A program made the translations under genes and the position numbers. This document shows, piece after piece, positions 1 to 10,396 of a stretch of DNA of 64,000 nt; position 1 is the stretch's first letter, and each line of letters begins with the position of its first letter. Location: assembly GCA_947459245.1 (NCBI GenBank), contig CANHCV010000002.1:6217-70216 (forward strand). The letters run 5' to 3'. This DNA comes from Bacteroidota bacterium. Lineage in GTDB: Bacteria > Bacteroidota > Bacteroidia > UBA7662 > CANHCV01. Below the pieces are notes generated by a model. It made no database searches, was not told the origin of the DNA, and saw only the letters and a program-made list of their open reading frames with translations.

Positions 1-3000
1 AGGCGGAATTCCCGATTTCAACGTTTCTACTCTTCCCCTTGCTCAACGTGCTAATTTTCCATCTCGCCCTACTTTACCGGGGAACAATACCGGTGTTTCG
101 GGATATTATACCCCGGTAACCTACCAAGGGGCGTACAGTTTTCCATCGAACCAAGTGCCTGCAATTGCACCCGATACGCTGAAGATGACCACAAATACTG
201 GTGAGATTAGCTTTACTCCAACCAACCAAGGTGGTTTCGTAGTTGCCATTGAGTGCTTGGAATACCGGGTGGATCGCATTAACAATGTTACCACCTACTT
301 GGGTTCTACCCGACGTGATTTGCAATTCTTTTTTGATGCAAGTTGCACCGGGAATACAGCTCCCCAGGTTTTTGTAACCGATAGTTTTACCCTTCAAGTT
401 GGAGATACCCTCGACTTTAACGCCGTAGGGATTGATTTTGACCCCTCCCGCGACACGGTGATCATGAGTATTTCAGGCGATATTGTTGGAACCGGATCCG
501 GAAAAGCTTCCGTAACCATTACCCCAGGGCCAAGTCAAGCCATCATGAACGTGCGTTGGATTCCAACGTGCTCCTTCGCTCGAACTGCTCCGTACTTCTT
601 AATCATTACTGCTAAGGATAGTATTTGTGCCGTTACCCAAAAAACGGTTTATATTCGAGTACTACCGAAAGACATTATTCTTCCCCCCAGTTTACGCTGT
701 GCGGCTGTTTTAGGAGATGATTCCATCTCCCTTTCGTGGGTTCGAACCACTTCAGCATCAGCTGATTTTGGGAAGTATTACATTTATCGGAACCTGAATG
801 GTGGAGCTTTTTCACTGATTGATTCCATCCCCTCAAGAACTACGCAAACCTATTTGGATCGTAATGTTTCATTGGCAGATCAAAGCAATGTTTATGGGTA
901 TTTCATGGTGTCTGTAAATAATTGCGGCGAACCTGGATTAACGAGCGATACCATTTTTTCAATTTTACCCTTGGTTCAAAAAATTAGCAGTACCCAATTT
1001 CGGGTCACCTGGAATGAATTGACCACTGCCATCGGTAAAAGGTATGGAAAAATTTACAGGTTATACGAGGACCGAGGAACGGGTTATACGTTGGTACAAA
1101 CAGGAACTCAGCGATCCTTTGTTAGTTCAGGATGTGATTTCAGAATAAAGTACAAAGTAGAAACAACCGATAGCCAAACCACGTGCATTTCAAGTGGATT
1201 TTCTATTTGGAACGCTTTGAAAGATACCATTCGCCCAAGCACTCCTTCCATTACGTTGTTTTCCGTAGATGGAACAGGAAAATCTACAATTACCGTTCAA
1301 AAATCCGATAGCCTCGATGCCATTCGCTACCTGATTTATCGAAGTTCCAACGGTGGTGCGTATGTTCTCATCGATTCGGTCAATCAAACCGGTTTGGGCA
1401 CTTTTGTTTATCGCGATGCTTCCTCGAATCCTTCCTCCATCAAGTATTGCTACAAGGTGGCTGCTCGAGATTCCTGCGGTAATCTTAGTTTTCAATCTAC
1501 CGAAAATTGTGGAATTAAGTTAACGGGTATTCCTGGACACTTTTCTTCGGTATTAACGTGGACACCCTTTTCGAGTCCGTTGCTAAGCGGTTATGTTTTG
1601 CAACGTTGGAATGGCTCATTGTGGGTTACCATTGGTTCGTTTCCCACCACCCAACTGGGTTACGTAGACACTCCACGAGCATGTGGTATTTCCAACACCT
1701 ATCGGGTTTTTGGTACCTATGGCCCTTCCGATAGTTCATTCAGTAATTCGGTGGTGGTTACCCCCATCGACACGATCAAACCCATTTCTCCAAGATTGCT
1801 TTCGGTTTCTGCCATTTCCAATGATTCTGTTCAAGTTACCTTTTTTCGATCTCCCGATCCCCGGGTTAAACTGAGTCGTATTCAAGTAAGTACCAACGGT
1901 GGTGCTTTCTCCAATCTAACTTCATTTACCAATCCTACCACCGATACGTTAAGGTTCTGGCACGTGGGTTTGAACAATGCAGTGAATCAGTATTGTTACC
2001 GCGTTTTGGCTTTCGATTCGTGTTCAAATACCATTTCTGTTCCACTTGATACCCATTGTGTTACCCAACTTTCGGTAACGGGAGGAAGTCGATTGAATGC
2101 TTTAACATGGCCAAAATATCCTTTTTCCACAACCGATAGCGTTAGAATTGAACGGCAGGTTGGGACGAGTTGGACGAGATGGGCTCTTCTACCTGGAAGT
2201 GCAACCTCTTTCAACGATACCGGGATTGTATGTAATTCAACCATTACGTATCGGGTGATTTCGTTTTCTTCAAGCCTTTCGGCCATTTCTGTTATTCGTT
2301 CAGGGACGGTTTTCGATACCACTCGACCAGCATTGGCTTGGATCAATGGGATTTCATACCTCAACGATACGTTAACGCTGTTTTTCCCAACCCATTTTGA
2401 TGTGGCTGGGGTAAATATTTATTTTAAAACCAATGGTGGACCTCGCAGTTTATTGAGAAAATATTACAAGGTTAATTCTTCGAACATTCAAAAAGTAGCA
2501 TTACCCGCATTAACCTCCTCGGTAGATACCTTTGAATTCTCCATCACCACTTTCGATAGTTGTTCCGAATTGGAATCGGTTCAAAGTCCGTGGTATTTCC
2601 CCATTCACTTAAGGGGAACTGGAGGATCATACACCTCAAATTTATCGTTCAATGCCCCTGTTATTCCCTCCAACAATACACCCTCGTATACTCAAGTTAC
2701 TTTAGAAAGATTTTTGAGTCCACTTTTGGGATACCAAACCGTAAGAACCTTGACCAATATTGTTCCGGGTTTCAATTCAATCATTGATACGGTTCCAGAA
2801 TACATCATCAATCCTACCAACATCAACGATACCATTGATATTTTCTGTGGGCAAGGAATTCTTTACCGAATTTCTTATCTGGCCAATGTTCGTACTCCGA
2901 CGTTAGTCTATTCGAATGAAATAGAAACCTTCCCCATCGATACGTTTTATCCGAACAACGTAAACATCATTTATCTGTCGACCAAAGGAACGGATTCCAT

Positions 3001-6000
3001 TGAGGTTCAATGGAAGAAACACATTCGCCCATCGGTAACCAAGTATGTGGTTTACATTTCTCAAAATGGTGGTCCGTTTGTTTCTGTTGATACCGTTTTG
3101 AACAATTTGCCTTTTGTTTATTTCAAAAGGTACGGAAGATACAATATGACCAATACCCAAATTTCTGTTCGTATTGCAGCTTTCGACTCTTGTTCTGGTA
3201 AATGGTCGAGAAATTTTGAAACCCATACCCATTCTTTCCTTACTGGAACATCTCTAGCGGGAAGAAAAACTGCCGTTTTAAATTGGCGCTCTTATCGCGG
3301 TTATGTGCCTGGATTCCGCTACAAAATTATTCGGATGGATCCAGCCAATGGGGTGTCATCCGTTATTGCCAATGTACTGGATACGTTTTATACCGATACC
3401 ACCATGGCTTGTAACAACCCCATTAACTATACCATTTTTATTGATGAGATCAATGGAGATGGAGGATCGGGGTACACCAACACCATTACCTTAATTGGAA
3501 CAGATACCATTGCTCCAAACAAACCCATGATCAATAGCGTATCGGTGCGAGGTTTGAATCGGATTGAAATTTATCCCAATACCAATTTCCAAGACATCGA
3601 TAGTTTCGAGGTTTTTGGGAGAACGAAATTTGGAACATGGTCATCGCTCGGATTTTATAAAGCACAACCCGTGATTTCGGTGAATTTGTCGCCAACGATG
3701 GATTCTATTTTATGCATTCGAATGGTTGGCTTGGATTCTTGTGCAAATAACCGTTCTGTGCCATCCGATGAACATTGTATGATTCAATTAACAGGATCGC
3801 CCCAAAATCTTTCGAACCAATTGAATTGGTCGGCCTATTCGGGTATTTCCACCAACAACAAAATACACATTGTTCAAGAATTGATTTCCGGCGTTTGGCA
3901 AAATATCGATACCACCCTTTCCAATCAACTTCAATACACCCATCTGAATTTACCTTGCGGAATTGAAAAAACGTACCGCATTATGTATTTCGATACCATC
4001 TCATCCGTTTTTTCGTATTCGGATACGATTTCACTCACCCCATTTGACGTTACTCGCCCAAACAAACCATCCATCAACATAGCTACCGTAGTTGATCAGA
4101 ATACCATTTTCATTCGATGGAATGCAAGCACTTCCCCTGACGTGAATCGTTACGAGTTGTGGAAATCGCCATTGGGTACCAATAACTGGGTTTTGGACCA
4201 ATTGGCTTTCTACCGAGATTCGGCTTGGGTTACCGGAAATACCGTTGATACCATTTGGTCTTTCCGTTTGGTGGCCATTGATAGTTGCGGAAACAACCGA
4301 AGTGATACTTCCTTGGTGCAAACGGTTGCAAATATTCAAGGCATTGCCCAAAATTTACAACTTACCCTGTTCCTCAGTAATTACCGCTCAACAAGCCAAT
4401 ATTCGATGACCTTGGAAGAATATAGTCCGGTGAACGGTTGGATTGGTTCGACCACTAAAACGGGATTAACCGATACACTTGTTATCACGAATTTACCTTG
4501 TAACCAGCCATTCACGTACCGATTGGTGATTCAAGATTCGTTGGGGAATACGGTGAGCTATTCCGACTCCATCCAAGTTGTTCCTTTTGATACGATTACT
4601 CCCATTCAACCGGTTATTGAGTATTTAAGCACCAATGGGGTTGATTCCATTTCTCTTTCTTGGAGCGCAAGTCGGTCTTTGAATATTAAAAACTACCACA
4701 TTTACGGCGCTCCATACGGTACTCCCATAGCTTTTTTAGATTCTGTTCCCGATACGGTTCTGAATTATTCATTTTTGGCGAATAATGTTAATTCCCCTTG
4801 GGTCATTTATGTTCTTGCAAAAAATTATTGCAATGAAAAATTATCCGTATTTGAAGATTCTGTTGTAACGTATCATCCATTCCTTTCTCAAACAGGTTGT
4901 GATAAATCCATTCAATTGGATTGGTCCTTGGGGAAATTTGAATTTTTTATTGGAAATGATAGCATTGATGTTTACCGAGGCACGTCATTCAATACCCTAT
5001 CCCTGTTTCAAACCCTTGCACCCGGTACAGTGAATTTTGTTGATACCTCGGTTCGCTTTGGGACCAGGGTTTATTACCAAATCAAGGTCAATTCAGCAAA
5101 TTACCGGGATTATTCGCTTTCTTTTGTTTCAAACGACAGCATCGTTCCTTTGCCGATTCCTAGTATTATTTTAACTTCGGTACTTAAAACAGATCCAACC
5201 AATGGAAGCATTGAAGTAAAATGGAATTCAGTTCAAACAATTCCTTTTTCAAAATCGGTTAATCTTTACACCTCTACCACCATCAATGGCCCAAAAACCT
5301 TATTGGGTAGATTCTCGAGAACCGATAGCTTTTTTGTTTGGAATGGTATCAATACCGAAACCCAATCGTATTACTTCTTTGCTTATTTAGAAGATTCCTG
5401 CGGATTTGTTTCGGAATCCAATGCACCGCATCGCGATATCGATTTCTCGGTGAACAATGCTCAACTGGTGAATCAGATGAGTTGGAATCATTACGAAGGG
5501 GTTCCGGTTACTTCCTATCAGATCGAAGTATTGAACGGGACCACTTGGAATGTTTTTGATGTGGTGAGCAGTAGTCAAAATAGCTATACCCGATTCCCAG
5601 CGCCTTGTAACAACCAAATCACCTATCGTTTGGGTGCGATTTTGGCCAATGGATTGGTGAGTTATTCCGATACCGTTACCGTTCGGGTAATTGATAACAT
5701 TGTGCCCGATACGGCATTGATTTCACAAGCCACCGTTTTGAACGATTCGGTTGTTCAGCTTACCTTTTCCATGGCAGGAGCCGCAGATATTTATGGCTAC
5801 GCCATCCAGCAATCGATCAACGGTGGTCCCGCAACCACTGTTCAATTTGTTCCTCAAGGAACAATTGGTTCGGTGGTGACCATTTTCGATACCGTTAACA
5901 CCTTGAATAATCGTTTGTGTTATTCGGTACTTACCCAAGATAGCTGTTTGAACGTTTCGAAAGGCGATGATTTCTGTGTTATTCAGTTGGAAGGCCTTGC

Positions 6001-9000
6001 CGAAAACCTTCAAAATACGCTTCGTTGGAGGCCTTTTGCCGGTTACCCCATTCAAACGTATGAGGTGGCTGAATGGAATGGAGCTGCATGGAACACCATC
6101 GCCACCCAAAACGGAAATGATACCGATTTTGTACACGCTCCCCTCAATTGCAATCAAACCCGCCAATACCGAATCAAAGGATTGAGCAGCAATCCCGCGC
6201 TCTTTACTTTTTCAGATACCCTTCATTTGACTCCTTTCGACACCGTTCCGCCCGTGGCTCCAACCATCACAGGGGCTTCCGTTATTGCCAACGGAAGCAT
6301 TCAATTGGATTGGTCTCCCGTTGGAGGTGATGTGCGTTCCTATGAAGTGTGGATGAAAACAAGCGGAGTTTCTACTTTCACGAGCATGGGAGTGATTGGT
6401 CCGATTACCACTTTCCGAGCTACCGGTTTGAATACCCTCGATTCTTCCTATTGCTTTTACCTGATTGCCTTGGACACTTGTGCGGCCAATCGTTCCGTTC
6501 CTAGCACCGTTCATTGCGTTTCTCAACTTCGAGGAGTTGCTCAGAACCTTCAAAATACCCTAACCTGGAATGTTTATTCAGGAGTAAATCCTTTAAATAC
6601 CAAAGTTCAAATTTTCCAAGGCACTTGGAGCGATTTTGATTCCCTTTCTGGACTTGCCTCCAGCTATGTTCACGACAGTTTGCCTTGCCGTGTTCCCGTT
6701 ACCTACCGTTTGAAAATGGAACTTCCCAATGGATACCCTTCCTATTCCGATTCCATTACCCTCACGCCGTTTGATACCATTCCGCCAACTCAACCCACCA
6801 TTTTGAGGGCATCGGTTCTTTCCAGTTCTTCGGTTCAGCTCACCTGGGCACAAGGAAATGCCGATATTGGAAATTACGAAATTTGGGTAAAAGCTGCCAA
6901 TCAATCCACGTTTACTTTGGCCCAAACCGTTGGTGCAGTAACCACAGGAATTGTTTCCGGATTGAATACCACCGATAGTTCCTATTGCTTCCGTTTGGTT
7001 GCTTTGGATACCTGCTCCAATAACCGCTCTCCGTTCTCGGTGGATGAATGCGCCATGCAATTGCAAGGAGTTGCGCAGAACCTCCAAACTACGTTGAATT
7101 GGAATGCCTACAGTACCGTTTCTGGTCCGGTTAAATACTACGTTCAACGTCTTCAAGGAGGATTGTGGGGGAATGTTGATAGTACCGTTAATTTCACCAG
7201 TTACATTCATTTTAATGTACCGTGTTTAACCCCCATTCATTACCGAATCATGGCGGTTTATCCAGTGGCCGATACTTCGTTTTCAGACACCATTATTTTG
7301 GTTCCGTTCGATACCATCAAGCCATTGGCCACCTTGTTGAACAGCGCTTCCGTACAAGAAGATGGATCGATCACGGTGCGCTGGAATACATCTTCTAGCC
7401 CCGATGTTCGATTCCATGATGTTTACCGAGCTCCCATCGGCTCAACCGCATTCGTTTTGGTAGGAACCGCCACCGATGTTGACACCTTTAACGACGCTAC
7501 CGTTCCCAATGCAGGAACCCAGCGCTACACCTATCAAGTTGTGGCCATCGATTCGTGTAACCTGAACAACCGATCCATCGAATCCAATCCGCAAACGACC
7601 TTCAACCTTTCTGTAAGCAGTGGAGCCTGCCAACCAGCGGTAACCTTGAAATGGACGTCGTATTCTACGTTCACCAACGGTTTGTTGCGCTATCGAGTTT
7701 GGAGAAGCGCCGGTGGTCCTTGGACGTTGGTCGATTCCGTTTCGGCTTCCGATACCGACTTCATCGATTATACGGTTAATCCTCGATTCTCCTATTGCTA
7801 TCAAGTAGAAGCCGTTTCAAATGGCCAAACCTATTTAGCTACTTCCGACACTTCTTGTCAGGTTCCTCGACTTTACCCGAACCCGAACCCAACAACCATG
7901 TTCGGCATTACCACCACCGTTACAGGGGTAGCCAACGGGCAATCGAAAATTACCTGGAACCGATTCCCATTGAACGATTCTTTGGCGAGGGGATACGTGG
8001 TTTACCACAGCACCACCGGTGTTTGGCCCTATACACCCATCGCTACCGTTTCTCGTCCAAACGATACGGTTTTCTTCCACAACAACATCAATACAGCCGA
8101 TTCAATTCATTATTACACGGTGAAAGTGATCGATACCTGTGGAGCACAATCCGATTCTGCTGCACCATTCCGAACCATTAACTTGAATCTAACCATTGGC
8201 AATGGTGCCATGGTGTTGGATTGGTTACCGGTTTTGAATGATACCGTAAGCGGTTATGAAATTGAACGATCTTCCAATGGTTTGGCATTGGTACCCATCA
8301 CCATTTTATCGCCAACCACCACCCAATACATCGATAGTGCTGTTTCTTGTGGAACCCGTTACAGTTATCGCGTGAAAGGGTTGTATTCGTTGAAACCCAA
8401 TTTCACAACCTTCTCCGATAGCGTTTCTGGAATTGCAAGAGATACCATTCCACCAGATATTTCTGTAGTTGAAAAAGCCACCGTTTCTGTTCCCAATCGA
8501 AACGGTCAAATCGAATTGAGCTTCTACAGCCCAACCCAACAAAACCGAAGCGGTTACAACATTTACCGTAAAACTGGAAATGGAGCATGGTCATTGTTGA
8601 GAACATTCAATACTACCGCATTTGGATTAATCACGACCACCGATTTTGGGGTGAATACCTTGGATAGCACCTACCAATACCGCCTAAGCAGTTTGGATAG
8701 TTGCGGCAATGAATCGCAATTCGGCGAAATTCACAGTCCTTCCAACATTTCGGTTACCGCCGTAAGCCAAGCCAATAACATTTCATGGTCGGCTTACCTC
8801 GGATTTGATTCGTTGATTTATCGCATTGAAAGAAGCATCAATGGGGGGAATTTCCAATTCTTCTACGATCTTCAAGGAACATCTTATGTCGATTCATCGA
8901 TCAAATGCGATACGCAATACACCTATCGGGTTAAAGTGTACGACATTCAAAACCCAACCGTTATTTCTTTGAGCGATACAGCAACGGTGATTGGGATCGA

Positions 9001-10396
9001 TTTAACCGCTCCTGCTACTCCGGTGCTGGGCGTTGTTTCGGTAATCAATACCAATCCGTTCGGTGGAACCGTTCAAGTTAATTTTGCCAACAGCACCTCC
9101 ACCGACGTTCGTTTCCACATCCTCGAAAGACGTACTGCCAATTCTGCGAATTGGAGCGTTCGAGCTCGAATTCCTGCCGGAGGAGCAACCATCTTCAACG
9201 ATTTTGGAAATACTTCCGACAGCATTTATGTGTATCGAGTTTACGCCATCGATACCTGCGGAAACGTTTCTGCATTCTCTGCCCAACACGCTTTCGTTCA
9301 TTTGGAAACAACGCCGTTGAATGAATCGATGCAGTTGAATTGGTCGCGTTACGTTGGTTTCCCTGTTGGAAAATATGATGTAGTTCGCGATGGAAATGTG
9401 ATTGCTTCTTTCTTAGGAGGAAACGACACCAGCATGATCGATACGCAATTGATTTGTACTCAAACCTACCAATATTTCATTCGAACCTATGGGTTGGATC
9501 AATTAACCACATCCCTTTCGAACGTAGAGAACAACTCGCCCTTCGATACCACCGCTCCTTTGAATACCTATTTGCAGGTCGCTTCCGTTGAACGCGGAGA
9601 TGCTTCCAACAAAATTACCTTCCGTGCAAGTACTTCTTTTGATGTGCGCACGTATCAAATTTGGAGAAGAACCAATGGACTTGGTGCGCCAGTTGTGGTT
9701 TACCAAACCACGAATCCCGTTGTTGGATTTACTACGGTCATCGATTCGTTGAACGTGAAGGCCGATGCAGAATCTTATTGCTACAGCATTGTTGCTTTCG
9801 ACTATTGCGGAAACCAAAGTCCTGAAAGCAATTTGGGCTGTACCATGTTGGCAAAAGCCACGTATTCCAAATTGAAATCGACCATCACCTGGACGCCCTA
9901 CAGCCAGTGGTGGGCTGGAGTTGACCACTACGAAGTGGAACGTACCACCGATGGAACCAACTGGATTCAGGTTGCCAATGTGCCCACCTCCGTGAATAAA
10001 TTTATTGATGAAGATTTGCCCGCTGATGCCGGCCAACTTTGTTACCGCGTTATGGCCGTTGAAACTCCTGGCAATTTCAATGAAAAATCGTACTCCAATA
10101 CTGCTTGCGTGGTTCCCGAACCCGTGGTTCATATCCCAACAGCATTTTCACCTGGAACTTCTGCTGGATTGAATGATAATTTCGGACCGGTTGCGGCCTT
10201 CTACGATCAATTTGAATTGACCATTTTCAACCGTTGGGGTGAAAAAATCTTTGAAGGAAAATCGAAAAACGATCGTTGGGACGGAAAACACAAAGGTGAA
10301 TTGGTTCAAACCGGCCTTTATGTTTACCAATTGATTGTGTACGATTTCAACGGTAAACCTTACCGATTCCAGGGAACTCTTTCGGTGGTACGATGA
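1..10396 (+). CDS. Giant cell-surface adhesin-like protein (more than 3400 aa in the window, 5' end outside it). It is built of tandem FN3/Ig-like beta-sandwich domain pairs and ends in a T9SS type-B C-terminal sorting domain (the gliding-motility-associated CTD).
   Basis: The reading frame is open from position 2 with no upstream stop. The ORF-track M at 155 is internal. The C-terminus reads AFSPGTSAGLNDNF...IFNRWGEKIFEG...WDGKHKGE...GLYVYQLIVYDF, which matches the type-B CTD (TIGR04131-like) consensus FSPNGDGxND...fnRwG...WdG...GvY.Y. A module of about 180 aa recurs many times (...LTPFDTxxP... CYRVxAxDSCxNxS ... NLQNTLxWxxY ... YSDxxxLTPFDT). Confidence 0.85.
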   Translation, partial: GGIPDFNVSTLPLAQRANFPSRPTLPGNNTGVSGYYTPVTYQGAYSFPSNQVPAIAPDTLKMTTNTGEISFTPTNQGGFVVAIECLEYRVDRINNVTTYLGSTRRDLQFFFDASCTGNTAPQVFVTDSFTLQVGDTLDFNAVGIDFDPSRDTVIMSISGDIVGTGSGKASVTITPGPSQAIMNVRWIPTCSFARTAPYFLIITAKDSICAVTQKTVYIRVLPKDIILPPSLRCAAVLGDDSISLSWVRTTSASADFGKYYIYRNLNGGAFSLIDSIPSRTTQTYLDRNVSLADQSNVYGYFMVSVNNCGEPGLTSDTIFSILPLVQKISSTQFRVTWNELTTAIGKRYGKIYRLYEDRGTGYTLVQTGTQRSFVSSGCDFRIKYKVETTDSQTTCISSGFSIWNALKDTIRPSTPSITLFSVDGTGKSTITVQKSDSLDAIRYLIYRSSNGGAYVLIDSVNQTGLGTFVYRDASSNPSSIKYCYKVAARDSCGNLSFQSTENCGIKLTGIPGHFSSVLTWTPFSSPLLSGYVLQRWNGSLWVTIGSFPTTQLGYVDTPRACGISNTYRVFGTYGPSDSSFSNSVVVTPIDTIKPISPRLLSVSAISNDSVQVTFFRSPDPRVKLSRIQVSTNGGAFSNLTSFTNPTTDTLRFWHVGLNNAVNQYCYRVLAFDSCSNTISVPLDTHCVTQLSVTGGSRLNALTWPKYPFSTTDSVRIERQVGTSWTRWALLPGSATSFNDTGIVCNSTITYRVISFSSSLSAISVIRSGTVFDTTRPALAWINGISYLNDTLTLFFPTHFDVAGVNIYFKTNGGPRSLLRKYYKVNSSNIQKVALPALTSSVDTFEFSITTFDSCSELESVQSPWYFPIHLRGTGGSYTSNLSFNAPVIPSNNTPSYTQVTLERFLSPLLGYQTVRTLTNIVPGFNSIIDTVPEYIINPTNINDTIDIFCGQGILYRISYLANVRTPTLVYSNEIETFPIDTFYPNNVNIIYLSTKGTDSIEVQWKKHIRPSVTKYVVYISQNGGPFVSVDTVLNNLPFVYFKRYGRYNMTNTQISVRIAAFDSCSGKWSRNFETHTHSFLTGTSLAGRKTAVLNWRSYRGYVPGFRYKIIRMDPANGVSSVIANVLDTFYTDTTMACNNPINYTIFIDEINGDGGSGYTNTITLIGTDTIAPNKPMINSVSVRGLNRIEIYPNTNFQDIDSFEVFGRTKFGTWSSLGFYKAQPVISVNLSPTMDSILCIRMVGLDSCANNRSVPSDEHCMIQLTGSPQNLSNQLNWSAYSGISTNNKIHIVQELISGVWQNIDTTLSNQLQYTHLNLPCGIEKTYRIMYFDTISSVFSYSDTISLTPFDVTRPNKPSINIATVVDQNTIFIRWNASTSPDVNRYELWKSPLGTNNWVLDQLAFYRDSAWVTGNTVDTIWSFRLVAIDSCGNNRSDTSLVQTVANIQGIAQNLQLTLFLSNYRSTSQYSMTLEEYSPVNGWIGSTTKTGLTDTLVITNLPCNQPFTYRLVIQDSLGNTVSYSDSIQVVPFDTITPIQPVIEYLSTNGVDSISLSWSASRSLNIKNYHIYGAPYGTPIAFLDSVPDTVLNYSFLANNVNSPWVIYVLAKNYCNEKLSVFEDSVVTYHPFLSQTGCDKSIQLDWSLGKFEFFIGNDSIDVYRGTSFNTLSLFQTLAPGTVNFVDTSVRFGTRVYYQIKVNSANYRDYSLSFVSNDSIVPLPIPSIILTSVLKTDPTNGSIEVKWNSVQTIPFSKSVNLYTSTTINGPKTLLGRFSRTDSFFVWNGINTETQSYYFFAYLEDSCGFVSESNAPHRDIDFSVNNAQLVNQMSWNHYEGVPVTSYQIEVLNGTTWNVFDVVSSSQNSYTRFPAPCNNQITYRLGAILANGLVSYSDTVTVRVIDNIVPDTALISQATVLNDSVVQLTFSMAGAADIYGYAIQQSINGGPATTVQFVPQGTIGSVVTIFDTVNTLNNRLCYSVLTQDSCLNVSKGDDFCVIQLEGLAENLQNTLRWRPFAGYPIQTYEVAEWNGAAWNTIATQNGNDTDFVHAPLNCNQTRQYRIKGLSSNPALFTFSDTLHLTPFDTVPPVAPTITGASVIANGSIQLDWSPVGGDVRSYEVWMKTSGVSTFTSMGVIGPITTFRATGLNTLDSSYCFYLIALDTCAANRSVPSTVHCVSQLRGVAQNLQNTLTWNVYSGVNPLNTKVQIFQGTWSDFDSLSGLASSYVHDSLPCRVPVTYRLKMELPNGYPSYSDSITLTPFDTIPPTQPTILRASVLSSSSVQLTWAQGNADIGNYEIWVKAANQSTFTLAQTVGAVTTGIVSGLNTTDSSYCFRLVALDTCSNNRSPFSVDECAMQLQGVAQNLQTTLNWNAYSTVSGPVKYYVQRLQGGLWGNVDSTVNFTSYIHFNVPCLTPIHYRIMAVYPVADTSFSDTIILVPFDTIKPLATLLNSASVQEDGSITVRWNTSSSPDVRFHDVYRAPIGSTAFVLVGTATDVDTFNDATVPNAGTQRYTYQVVAIDSCNLNNRSIESNPQTTFNLSVSSGACQPAVTLKWTSYSTFTNGLLRYRVWRSAGGPWTLVDSVSASDTDFIDYTVNPRFSYCYQVEAVSNGQTYLATSDTSCQVPRLYPNPNPTTMFGITTTVTGVANGQSKITWNRFPLNDSLARGYVVYHSTTGVWPYTPIATVSRPNDTVFFHNNINTADSIHYYTVKVIDTCGAQSDSAAPFRTINLNLTIGNGAMVLDWLPVLNDTVSGYEIERSSNGLALVPITILSPTTTQYIDSAVSCGTRYSYRVKGLYSLKPNFTTFSDSVSGIARDTIPPDISVVEKATVSVPNRNGQIELSFYSPTQQNRSGYNIYRKTGNGAWSLLRTFNTTAFGLITTTDFGVNTLDSTYQYRLSSLDSCGNESQFGEIHSPSNISVTAVSQANNISWSAYLGFDSLIYRIERSINGGNFQFFYDLQGTSYVDSSIKCDTQYTYRVKVYDIQNPTVISLSDTATVIGIDLTAPATPVLGVVSVINTNPFGGTVQVNFANSTSTDVRFHILERRTANSANWSVRARIPAGGATIFNDFGNTSDSIYVYRVYAIDTCGNVSAFSAQHAFVHLETTPLNESMQLNWSRYVGFPVGKYDVVRDGNVIASFLGGNDTSMIDTQLICTQTYQYFIRTYGLDQLTTSLSNVENNSPFDTTAPLNTYLQVASVERGDASNKITFRASTSFDVRTYQIWRRTNGLGAPVVVYQTTNPVVGFTTVIDSLNVKADAESYCYSIVAFDYCGNQSPESNLGCTMLAKATYSKLKSTITWTPYSQWWAGVDHYEVERTTDGTNWIQVANVPTSVNKFIDEDLPADAGQLCYRVMAVETPGNFNEKSYSNTACVVPEPVVHIPTAFSPGTSAGLNDNFGPVAAFYDQFELTIFNRWGEKIFEGKSKNDRWDGKHKGELVQTGLYVYQLIVYDFNGKPYRFQGTLSVVR
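660..9600 (+). repeat. In-frame tandem coding repeats, about 17 units of roughly 535-600 bp (about 180 aa each, two beta-sandwich domains per unit), inside the giant adhesin gene
   Basis: The unit-boundary motif (T/P)PFDT(I/V)xP recurs at about 1222, 1775, 2318, 2931, 3493, 4039, 4580, 5133, 5693, 6230, 6765, 7303, 7860, 8440, 8998 and 9540. Paralogous stretches are recognisable at the DNA level, for example ggagttgctcagaaccttcaaaatac at about 6535 versus ggagttgcgcagaacctccaaactac at about 7070. Confidence 0.7.

Noticed and set aside
74-9301. Numerous ORFs of 60-210 aa on the minus strand, and out-of-frame on the plus strand, inside the giant adhesin gene. Examples are 1190-1495, 5723-6166, 6593-7210 and 9503-10132.
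   Set aside because: All lie within, and antisense or out of frame to, a single uninterrupted 10-kb ORF with a coherent repeat architecture. Their translations are G/N/I-rich mirror artefacts.
660-9600. The periodic repeat structure was considered as a possible CRISPR or other non-coding repeat array.
   Set aside because: The period is about 540 bp, not 25-40 bp. The units are in frame and diverged, and there are no unique spacers or cas genes. They are coding tandem domain repeats.
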